From: Myxococcota bacterium
GTDB lineage: Bacteria > Myxococcota_A > UBA9042 > PHBI01 > JAWLBL01
NCBI GenBank assembly: GCA_041687695.1
Contig: JAWLBL010000004.1
Span: 32,001 to 96,000, forward strand
Length of the DNA stretch: 64,000 bases
Reading direction: 5' to 3'
Below, in pieces: positions 37,999 to 45,968 of the stretch (positions within the stretch are counted from its first letter, which is position 1; the number at the start of each line of letters is the position of its first letter). Both the position numbers and the translations under genes were made by a program. The notes under the pieces were generated by a model. The model worked only from the letters and a program-made list of their open reading frames with translations, was not told the origin of the DNA and did not search any database.

Positions 37999-39179
37999 AG
38001 GCCGAGCTGCAGCTGCAGGAGCAGCGTGTCGTTGTCGAGCGAGGGGCCGTGCAGCTCGCTGCGGTGGATGTAGTCGAGCTGCAGCTTGGCGAAGTGGCGG
38101 TTCAGATAGACCTGCAGGCCGCCCTGGACGACGAGCTGGTCGCCCGCGTCCTCGAGGCCGGTGTGGTCGTCGATGAGCTCGGCGCGGACGGTGGCGCCCA
38201 GCAGATCGCCGAGCAGCAGGTAGCCGGTCTCGGCGACGAAGGCGCGGCGGTCGACGCCGGCGGGGAGGTCGGTGGGGGTGTTGGGCTGGCTCGACGGCGT
38301 CGCCGAGTCGAAGATGGCCTCGGCGACGAAGTGCCACCCGCGGGCCTTCATGACGAGGTCGGCTTCCCACGCCGTGGTCTCGACCGAGTAGCCGTCGCCG
38401 AAGAAGAACGAGCCGCCGACGCCGAAGACGAAGTCGCCGCGCTCGAAGTCGGGCAGGCCGGGGCCGACGTCGCCCAGCGGCTGCACGTCGACGCGCGCGA
38501 CGTAGGCGAGGCGGTCGAAGCGGTTGCCCTCGAAGCCGCTGGGGTTGGCGTAGCCCTCGTGGAAGTTGGCGCGGCGCTCGGGGCCGTTGTAGGCGCCGAG
38601 CGCGTACTTCAGCAGGCCGTGCGAGAGGGTGCCTTCGAGCGTCAGGCCGACCAGCCGGAACGGCGCCATCGCCTGCACGGCCAGCGGGCGGTCGATGAGC
38701 GCCCCGTCGGAGGCCGAGTGCAGCGCGAAGCGCGAGAAGGGCACCTTGCGGGCGCCCAGGACCAGCCCGACCGGCGTGCCGAGGCGGTAGCCGATCCAGG
38801 CGTCGAGCATCTGGACGTCGTCGGCGGCGGTCTCGGCGCTGACCTCGAAGGACAGCTTCGGCGCCAGCGCCCCGACCAGGCCGAAGCGGGCGCGACGCAT
38901 GCGGAAGCCCTCGCGCTGGGCCGGGTCACCGTTCTCGAGCAGGTTGTCGTCGCCCGTGACGATCGCCGCCTGGCTCTGCAGCAGCGCATAGGGCGCCAGG
39001 GTCACCCCGTCGCTCGACCACTCGAGCAGGGAGGGCCGCAGCAGCTCGGGCGGCCGGTCGGCCAACGGATCGACGTCGGTCGCCGTCGGCAGGTCGTCGT
39101 GCGCGAGGGCCGGGGCCCCCAGGGAGGTGGTCAGCGCCAGCAGGGCCGCGGGCAGCGTGGACAGGAAGGGGTGTCGCAT
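37995..39179 (-). CDS. Outer-membrane porin, OprO/OprP-like (394 aa)
   Basis: Signal peptide ..PALA; GFRMRRARFG, LDAWIGY, GARKVPFSR, amphipathic beta-strands, C-terminal LLLQLQLGL. Confidence 0.78.
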   Translation of the reverse strand: MRHPFLSTLPAALLALTTSLGAPALAHDDLPTATDVDPLADRPPELLRPSLLEWSSDGVTLAPYALLQSQAAIVTGDDNLLENGDPAQREGFRMRRARFGLVGALAPKLSFEVSAETAADDVQMLDAWIGYRLGTPVGLVLGARKVPFSRFALHSASDGALIDRPLAVQAMAPFRLVGLTLEGTLSHGLLKYALGAYNGPERRANFHEGYANPSGFEGNRFDRLAYVARVDVQPLGDVGPGLPDFERGDFVFGVGGSFFFGDGYSVETTAWEADLVMKARGWHFVAEAIFDSATPSSQPNTPTDLPAGVDRRAFVAETGYLLLGDLLGATVRAELIDDHTGLEDAGDQLVVQGGLQVYLNRHFAKLQLDYIHRSELHGPSLDNDTLLLQLQLGL

Positions 39180-39337
39180 CGAAGGAGGCCTCGGGTCCGG
39201 TGGAAAGCCTGCGACACCCATAGCGCGGATGCCGCCCGCTGCAAACCCGTACCCGTGCGCCGTCGTGTGACGATTTCGCAACGCGGTCGCGTCGGGTCGC
39301 CTGGCCTCGCCTCGGAGGCGCCAGCGACGCCGCGGCC

Positions 39338-41266
39338 TCAGTCGATCATCTTGTAGCCGCCGCCGGACGGGCCCTGCTTCGGCTCGCGGGCCTCGGGCGC
39401 CGGCTCGAGCGTGACGGCGCGCCGGGCGCCGCGATCGGCCGGGGTCAGCTGCAAGGTGGCCGTCTTGTGACCGCGCGCGGCGATCCTCAGCTTCGGGGGG
39501 GCCTCGTCGGCGGCCCAGCGGACCTCGACCGGCGTCAGGCCCAGGCGCGTCTTGCCGTGGTAGACGGCGGCCCGCGGCGCGGCGTCGACGGTGGCCGGCG
39601 CCAGCGCGGCCGGCTGGGCGGGCTCCGCTTCGGGCGCCTCGACCGCGGCGGGCGGGGGCTCGGGCGGCGTCGGCTGGGCCTGCGCGGCTTCGGCGATCGG
39701 GTCGGCGGCAGGCGTCGGTGCCTGGGCCGGAGCCTCGGGCGGCGCCTCGGCCGGCGCGTCGACCTCGGCCGTGGCCTGGGCCGGGGCCTCGGAGGGGGCC
39801 GGGGCCGGATCGTCGGCGGTGACCGTCGCCGTCGGGGGCTCGGCCGGCGTCGAGGGCGAGGCCGGCGCCTGATGGACGGCCTCGGGCGCCCCGGCCACGG
39901 GCGCGGCGGGCGGACGGGCCATGAACCAGCCCCCGGCGCCCAGCGCCAGCAAGGCCACGGCGGCCGCCGGGTAGCGCCAGAACGAGGGCTTGCCCGAGGA
40001 CGCCTCGTCGTCGGGCGCCTCGCTCGGGACGTCCGCGTCCGTCCCGAGCCCCCACTCGGCGCGATCGGCCGCGCGGTGGGTGTCGACGGGGTCGGGGCCG
40101 GGCGCCGCGGCGGGCTCGACCGGCGAAGCCGCGGCGGCGGTCGTGGGCGCCGCGATGGCGGGCAGGTCGAAGCGGCTCGAGCGCACCTTGGCCTCGACGA
40201 CGAGCTCGTGGGCCTGGTCGAGGGTCATGGGCAGGGTCGCGGAGTGCACCTCGCCCTCGCCGCCGGCCAGCGGGGCGTCCGCGCACGCGTTGAGCGCCCG
40301 CAGCAGGGCCTCGGCGCCCGCCGGCCGCTCTTCGGGCTTTTTGGCGAGGCACCACATCACGACGTCGGCCAGCGGCCCGGTCAGCACCTGCCCGTCGATG
40401 GAGGGTGGCTTGGGCATCTCCATCACGTGGGCGACGACGTAGTCGGTCGGCGACTTGCCCTCGAAGACCGACCGGCCGGTCAACATCTCGTAGAGGATGG
40501 CGCCCAGCGCGTAGAGATCGGTCTGCGGCGTGATGGCCGTCCCTCGCGCCTGCTCGGGCGCCATGTAGCGGGGCGAGCCGATGATGGCGCCGGTCTTGGT
40601 CAGGTTCAGCTCGGCCGCCGCCGAGCCGGAGACCTTGGCGATGCCGAAGTCGAGGACCTTGATGACGTCGCGCTTGCGGCCGATCTGGACGACGAACAGG
40701 TTCTCGGGCTTGAGATCGCGGTGGACGATGCCCTGGTCGTGGGCCTCGCCGAGCGCCTCGCAGATCTGCACGGCCAGCTGCACGATGCGCTTGGGGTCGA
40801 GCGGCGCCTCGCGCTTCATCAGCGCCGACAGCGGCTCGCCCTCGAGGTACTCCATCACGAGGAACAGGCGCCCGTCCTCGCTCTGCCCGAAGTCGATGAG
40901 GCCCACGATGTTGGGGTGGTGGAACCCCGACATGGCGCGCGCCTCCTGCTGGAAGCGGGCCACCTCGCGCAGGTTGTCGTTCAGATCGGTGTTGAGGACC
41001 TTGAGCGCGACCGGCCGTCCGACCGCCAGCTGGGTCGCCTTGTACACGGCGCCCATGCCGCCGCGGCCGATCCGCTGCTCGATGCGATAGCGCCCCTCGA
41101 AGATCGTGCCGATGAGCGGGTCGCGGGCCGCCTTCTTCTTGCGGTAGCGCTCCGCGTCCACCGTCGGGAAGCCATCGGCCGGGCACACCGAGTCGTCGGT
41201 CGTCGCGCGACACTGCGGACAGATTCTGGTGGCCGGCGCGGACGGATCGGACCCTGACTCGGACAT
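39338..41266 (-). CDS. Membrane Ser/Thr protein kinase with N-terminal Zn-ribbon-like motif and C-terminal PEGA-like domain
   Basis: CPQC..CPADG; IGRGGMGAVY, VALK, HRDLKPEN, DFG, GSPRYMAPEQ; TM; Pro/Ala linker; LGLTP. Confidence 0.93.
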   Translation of the reverse strand: MSESGSDPSAPATRICPQCRATTDDSVCPADGFPTVDAERYRKKKAARDPLIGTIFEGRYRIEQRIGRGGMGAVYKATQLAVGRPVALKVLNTDLNDNLREVARFQQEARAMSGFHHPNIVGLIDFGQSEDGRLFLVMEYLEGEPLSALMKREAPLDPKRIVQLAVQICEALGEAHDQGIVHRDLKPENLFVVQIGRKRDVIKVLDFGIAKVSGSAAAELNLTKTGAIIGSPRYMAPEQARGTAITPQTDLYALGAILYEMLTGRSVFEGKSPTDYVVAHVMEMPKPPSIDGQVLTGPLADVVMWCLAKKPEERPAGAEALLRALNACADAPLAGGEGEVHSATLPMTLDQAHELVVEAKVRSSRFDLPAIAAPTTAAAASPVEPAAAPGPDPVDTHRAADRAEWGLGTDADVPSEAPDDEASSGKPSFWRYPAAAVALLALGAGGWFMARPPAAPVAGAPEAVHQAPASPSTPAEPPTATVTADDPAPAPSEAPAQATAEVDAPAEAPPEAPAQAPTPAADPIAEAAQAQPTPPEPPPAAVEAPEAEPAQPAALAPATVDAAPRAAVYHGKTRLGLTPVEVRWAADEAPPKLRIAARGHKTATLQLTPADRGARRAVTLEPAPEAREPKQGPSGGGYKMID

Positions 41267-41346
41267 GGCCCCCCCTAGGCCCCTAAGCCTAGGCAACGTG
41301 GCCCCGTCTTGGCAAGGCGCCGCCCCGCGCGAGGCGTGCGTTCGGG

Positions 41347-41781
41347 TCACGCGCCGGGCAGCGCCGCGCCGATGGCGGCGGCCACGCGCGCCATGTGGGC
41401 CTCGTCGTCGTAGGGGTGGCGCGGCCAGAAGAAGCCCTTGAGGCCGTCCTTGGGGCGGCGCGGCACGACGTGGACGTGCAGGTGCGGCACGCTCTGGCTG
41501 ACGCGGTTGTTCATCGCGACGAAGGTGCCGCCCGCCTCGAGCGCCGCCTCGACGGCCACGGCGACGCGCCGGACCAGCAGAAAGAGCGGGCCCACGACCG
41601 CTGTGGGGAGATCGGGCAGCGTGGCGTGGTGCTCGCGCGGCACCACCAGGACGTGCCCTGGGAAGAGCGGCCGGTGATCCAGGAAGGCGAACCCGTCGGG
41701 GCCGTCGTAGACGACGTGGGCGGCGCGCGCGCCCGAGAGGAGGTCGCAGAAGACGCAGCGGGCGGGGGCCGTAGGGGGCAT
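41347..41781 (-). CDS. HIT family hydrolase
   Basis: CVFC, AFLDHRP..GHVLVVP, SQSVPHLHVHVVPR (histidine triad). Confidence 0.92.
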   Translation of the reverse strand: MPPTAPARCVFCDLLSGARAAHVVYDGPDGFAFLDHRPLFPGHVLVVPREHHATLPDLPTAVVGPLFLLVRRVAVAVEAALEAGGTFVAMNNRVSQSVPHLHVHVVPRRPKDGLKGFFWPRHPYDDEAHMARVAAAIGAALPGA

Positions 41782-41931
41782 GCGGGGGCGGGCCTCGTGT
41801 TGGACAGGGAGTCGTCCAGCTTTACCGCCTCGGGGGCGCACGCCCCAGCTTGCGCCTGCAAAGGCGGCCACCTATCCTCGACCCGAGCGCCCGGGCAGCG
41901 GCGCGGCCCCCCTCTCGAGTGAGACGAGCGC

Positions 41932-42426
41932 ATGGAAGGTTCCTCCAAAGGCTGGCAGGGCGCGCTGGGCGCGGTCCTCAAGGCGCTGGGCGCCGCGTTC
42001 GCCGAGCGCTTCGAGGAGCAGCTGCGGGCCGCGGCGGCCCGCGAGCTGACGCAGGATCCCATGGACGCGCGCAAGGCGGCGGCGACGCGCTTCCGCGAGG
42101 CCTGGGCCGAGCGTCCCTTCGCCTTCGACCGCGACACGACGGCAGCGCTCGAGCGCGAGCTGGCCGAGGCCCTGCTGAGCGGGCGGCCCGAGGCCTTCCT
42201 GACGCGGCTGCGGGCGGCCCAGGACGACGGCGGCTGGGCCCTGCTGCAGCGTCTGGCCTTCTATCAGCGGGTCGCCCCGCAGGAGGGCATGTCGCTGCAG
42301 CTCGGCGACGGCCGCGTGGACGTGCGCGCGGCGCCGCCCGTGCCGGCGCCGCGCCCGCGCCCCAAGCTCGAGCTCATCCGCGGGGGGGCCGACGAGGGCG
42401 GCGCCGAGCGGTCGCCCGAGGCCTGA
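41932..42426 (+). CDS. Hypothetical helical protein with C-terminal RPKLELIRGG motif
   Basis: Typical GC3 codon usage; no recognised domain. Confidence 0.65.
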   Translation: MEGSSKGWQGALGAVLKALGAAFAERFEEQLRAAAARELTQDPMDARKAAATRFREAWAERPFAFDRDTTAALERELAEALLSGRPEAFLTRLRAAQDDGGWALLQRLAFYQRVAPQEGMSLQLGDGRVDVRAAPPVPAPRPRPKLELIRGGADEGGAERSPEA

Positions 42427-42517
42427 CGGGGCCGCTCGCCGGGGCAATGGGACGTAAGGCACCTGGGGTTGCCAGCGGGGCGCCCGGTCGGCTTTGATGG
42501 CGGCCGGAGGTGTCAGC

Positions 42518-43306
42518 ATGATTCGGAAGGCATCAGCGGGCGCGTCGCGCAAGGCCCAGGCCGTCCTCGTGGCCGGGGCGCTCGCCGTCACGGCGGGCTG
42601 CGGGATCCCCAAAGAGCAGTACGATCGGGACGTCGGCGCGCTCGAGCAGCAGATCGCGACGCTCGAGCAGGATCGGACGACGGCCGAGCAGCGCGCGGCG
42701 CAGTGTGAAGAGGGGCGCGCGACGTGCGAGCGCGAGCTGCGCGCGATCCGGAGCCAGGGGGCGCAGCTCGACGAGGGCCTGCGGCGGGCGCTCGAGCGCA
42801 TCGGCGAGCTCGAGCAGGTCGCCGCGCGCCAGCAGGCGGTCTTCGACCGGCTGCGGCAGTCCCTCGACGCCCTCATCAAGGCCGGCAAGCTGTCGGTGGC
42901 CATCGTCCGCGGCCAGTTCACCGTCCAGATGGCCGACAAGATCCTGTTCGACTCCGGCAGCTCGAGCCTCAAGCGCGAGGCCGAAGACACGCTGCGCGAG
43001 CTGGCGAGCATCCTGGGCAGCATCCCGGACCGGCGCTATCAGATCGTCGGCCACACCGACAGCGACGGCGACCCCGACTTCAACTGGCGCCTGTCGGGGG
43101 CGCGCGCCCGGTCCGTGCATCAGTTCATGGTCAAGGAGGGGCTCGCCCCCGAGCGCGTGTCCTACTCGGGTTACGGGCAGTTCCAGCCCAACGCCCCCAA
43201 CGACACGCCCGAGAACAAGGCGCAGAACCGGCGCATCGACATCGTGCTCATCCCGAACATGGAAGAGTTCATGGCGCCCATCGACAACGGCGGGCCGGAG
43301 TCCTGA
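42518..43306 (+). CDS. OmpA/MotB-family peptidoglycan-binding lipoprotein with coiled coil
   Basis: GGAGG RBS; lipobox TAG-C; coiled coil; ILFDSGS, VGHTDS, NWRLSGARA, NRRIDI. Confidence 0.9.
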   Translation: MIRKASAGASRKAQAVLVAGALAVTAGCGIPKEQYDRDVGALEQQIATLEQDRTTAEQRAAQCEEGRATCERELRAIRSQGAQLDEGLRRALERIGELEQVAARQQAVFDRLRQSLDALIKAGKLSVAIVRGQFTVQMADKILFDSGSSSLKREAEDTLRELASILGSIPDRRYQIVGHTDSDGDPDFNWRLSGARARSVHQFMVKEGLAPERVSYSGYGQFQPNAPNDTPENKAQNRRIDIVLIPNMEEFMAPIDNGGPES

Positions 43307-43366
43307 GCCGGCGGGCGGGGGGGCGCCGCGCGTGCCCCTCGCCTGCGTCGGGCGCCTTCGGCGGGG

Positions 43367-44599
43367 TCAGCTGCGCTGACGGACGGCCCAGTACTGGACC
43401 ACGCGCCGGTACTCGGGCGCCTGGTGTCGCGAGTGGCCGGTCAGGTCCAGCTCGACCATCAGGCGGCCGGTGGCGGCGTCGGGCTTGAGGCGGCTGACCA
43501 CGCCGACCACCTGCACGTGCGCGTCCGTGATGGGGTCGCCCGGCAGCGCCGCGCGGATGACCTCGCCCATCTGGATGGCCTCGATGGACGGCACGACGAA
43601 GACGCAGTGGCTGTGGCCGATCCAGCTGCAGACCATCGCCAGGGTGGCGTCGCGCCAGGTGAAGTAGCCGCGGCCGGGCTCGCGCTCGAAGAGCGGGCGA
43701 CGCGCGCCGGTGGTGCCGTCGAGGGTGATGGGCGAGCGCACGCCCGAGCGGTGTCCCGCGGCCGCGCCCGGGGACGTGGTCGGGCGCGACGGCGGCGGCG
43801 TCCGCGGTGGCTCGGGGTCGCGGAGCGTCACGGGCCGCTGGAAGAGCGCCTCGTCGGCGTAGACCGGGCGACGTCCCGCGGTGGGCAGGGGGGTCGGCTC
43901 GGGCCGGTCGAAGGGCCGGGGTGTCGGCTCGGGCCGGGCGATGGGCGCCCCGAGCGGCCGCTCCTGGGTGGCGAAGGGCGAGGCGGCGCGCGGCTTGGGG
44001 TCCGTCTCGACCAGCATGCGCGGCTGCGTCTGCTTGGTCGGGTCGGCGGCGGGCGGCTCGCTTCGGAGATCCAACAAGGTCTCGTCCAGGGCCCGTTCGC
44101 TGGCATTGACCAGGCGGATCTGCTGGGCGGCGACGTCATAGATGAGCCGGCGCTGCGGGCCGAGCTCGTCGTCGTCGGTCCGCAGGTGGGCGCGGATGCC
44201 GAGGATCTCCTCGAGCGCCCGCGCCAGGTAGCTGCGGCGCTGCGCGGCCAGGACCACCAGCCACTTGACGTCGACGAAGCGGGTGTCCGGCGTGCAGGGC
44301 AGCTGCGACGGGCCGGCCACCTCGGCCATCAGGTGCACGGCCGGCGCCGGCTCGAGCAGCTCGAGCACGATGCGGTCCCCCAGCAGCGGAGGCCGCAGGG
44401 GCAGGGTCACCTGCAAGACGCCGCCCACGGGGTCGGCCGCGATGAGCTCGTACAGGTCGTGCGTGCCGCGCGCCCGCACCCGGACCGGCGCCTCGAGCAT
44501 GCGTAGCCCTCGCCCCGACGTGTGCGCGGGGTTCGCTACCCCCGGGCCGAAGGCCTGGGTCAGTCGCGGGTCGAGGAAGCGGCTGGGGTCCGTGGACAT
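43367..44599 (-). CDS. Hypothetical protein, possibly two degenerate PilZ-like beta domains joined by a Pro-rich linker
   Basis: GDRIVLEL..VHLMAEV and GEVIRAAL..VQVVGVVSR..MVEL patterns. The CDS call is solid; the fold call is weak. Confidence 0.55.
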   Translation of the reverse strand: MSTDPSRFLDPRLTQAFGPGVANPAHTSGRGLRMLEAPVRVRARGTHDLYELIAADPVGGVLQVTLPLRPPLLGDRIVLELLEPAPAVHLMAEVAGPSQLPCTPDTRFVDVKWLVVLAAQRRSYLARALEEILGIRAHLRTDDDELGPQRRLIYDVAAQQIRLVNASERALDETLLDLRSEPPAADPTKQTQPRMLVETDPKPRAASPFATQERPLGAPIARPEPTPRPFDRPEPTPLPTAGRRPVYADEALFQRPVTLRDPEPPRTPPPSRPTTSPGAAAGHRSGVRSPITLDGTTGARRPLFEREPGRGYFTWRDATLAMVCSWIGHSHCVFVVPSIEAIQMGEVIRAALPGDPITDAHVQVVGVVSRLKPDAATGRLMVELDLTGHSRHQAPEYRRVVQYWAVRQRS

Positions 44600-44794
44600 G
44601 GGGCTCGGGGCTGGAGAAGCCCCCCGTCATGGCGTCGGGGGCGAGGACCTCTGGCCCAGAGCCTAGGGCCGAAGCCTGACCGGAGCAATGGCGCGGCCTG
44701 GGGGGCTCTTGTAACTGACCTCCGTTCGTCCTCGGGGTTGGGATCCCGACGAGGCGTCTCTTAGACTCTGGCGAGCCCAGCGGGAGAGGCGCCC

Positions 44795-45967
44795 ATGATG
44801 TCGGTCACCTTGTTGTCCCTGTTCACCGCGTTGAGCGCGACGGCCCTGCCCGGGGTCGACCCGGCGGACGTGCCCGCGCCCGAGCTGAAGCCGGGCGGGG
44901 CGGCGGCCCCCAGCGACGCCGAGCGGGCCCGGCAGGCCCGAGGGCGCTGCGAGGCCGGAGACCTGGCCGGGTGCGTGGCCCTGGGCGTGGCGCTGCGGGA
45001 CGGGCAGGGCGCGCCGCGCGACGTCAAGCAGGCGCTGGGGCTGTTCGAGCGGGCCTGCGAGGGCGGGCAGGCGACCGGCTGCACGCACCTGGGCGCGGCG
45101 GCCTTCCAGGGCCAGGGCACGGCCAAGGACGCCGCGCGGGCGGTGGCGCTGTTCCGGCGCGGCTGCGACGGCGGCGACCCGCGCGGCTGCACGGCGCTGG
45201 GGATGGCGCACGAGCTGGGGGCGGGCGCCAAGGCCGACCCGGCGCGGGCGGGCGCGCTGTACGCGAAGGGCTGCGACGGCGGCGACGCCTGGGGCTGCGC
45301 GAACCTGGGCATGCTGCACGGGCGCGGCGAGGGCGTGGCGCGCGACGAGGTGCGGGCGCGGGCGCTGCTCGAGCGGGCGTGCAAGGCCGAGTACGCGACG
45401 GGCTGCACGCTGTTCGGCGAGGCGCTGGCGACGGGGCAGGGCGGCCCGCGCGACCCGGCCCGGGCGGCCGCGGCCTTCTTGAAGGCGTGCCAGGGCGGAC
45501 ACGCGCCCGGCTGCACGCGGCTCGCGCGGCTGCTGGTGCGCGGCGACGGCGTCCCGAAGGAGGCCGCGCAGGCGGCGGAGCTGCTGACGGCGGCGTGCGA
45601 CGCGGGCGACGCGCAGGGCTGCGACGACCTGGGGGTGATGTGCGCGGCGGGCAAGGACATCCCGCCCGACGTGCACTGCGCGCAGACCCGGTTCCGGGCG
45701 GCCTGCGAGCGCGGCGCCCCCAGCGGCTGCCGCCACCTCGGGCAGCTCCATGCGCGGGGCACCCGCGGGACGCCCGAGCCCAAGCGGGCCGCGCCGTGGT
45801 ACACCAGGGCCTGCGACGCGGGCGACGGCGAAGGCTGCGCCCTGCTGGCCGCGCTGGTCGAGGCCGGCTCCGGCGCGCCACGGGACCCGGCCAAGGCGGC
45901 CGCGCTGCGGGCCCGCGCGTGCCAGGCGGGCCACCGGGCGTCGTGCGGCGAGGCCGCGACCCCCTGA
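44795..45967 (+). CDS. Secreted Cys-paired Sel1-like repeat protein (Hcp-like)
   Basis: Signal peptide; about nine 36-aa repeats of type ACxxGxxxGCxxLG..GxG..D..RA..LF. Confidence 0.9.
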   Translation: MMSVTLLSLFTALSATALPGVDPADVPAPELKPGGAAAPSDAERARQARGRCEAGDLAGCVALGVALRDGQGAPRDVKQALGLFERACEGGQATGCTHLGAAAFQGQGTAKDAARAVALFRRGCDGGDPRGCTALGMAHELGAGAKADPARAGALYAKGCDGGDAWGCANLGMLHGRGEGVARDEVRARALLERACKAEYATGCTLFGEALATGQGGPRDPARAAAAFLKACQGGHAPGCTRLARLLVRGDGVPKEAAQAAELLTAACDAGDAQGCDDLGVMCAAGKDIPPDVHCAQTRFRAACERGAPSGCRHLGQLHARGTRGTPEPKRAAPWYTRACDAGDGEGCALLAALVEAGSGAPRDPAKAAALRARACQAGHRASCGEAATP

Positions 45968-45968
45968 G

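Noticed and set aside
39240..39285. Sigma-54 promoter (CGGGTACGGGTTTGCA, minus strand) or Pho box (single GTCACA) upstream of the porin operon
   Set aside because: The -24 element deviates from GGCAC and only one Pho-like half-site is visible, so it is too weak to call.
42518..43306. Flagellar motB
   Set aside because: It has a lipobox and coiled coil rather than the MotB TM helix with conserved Asp, and there is no adjacent motA.
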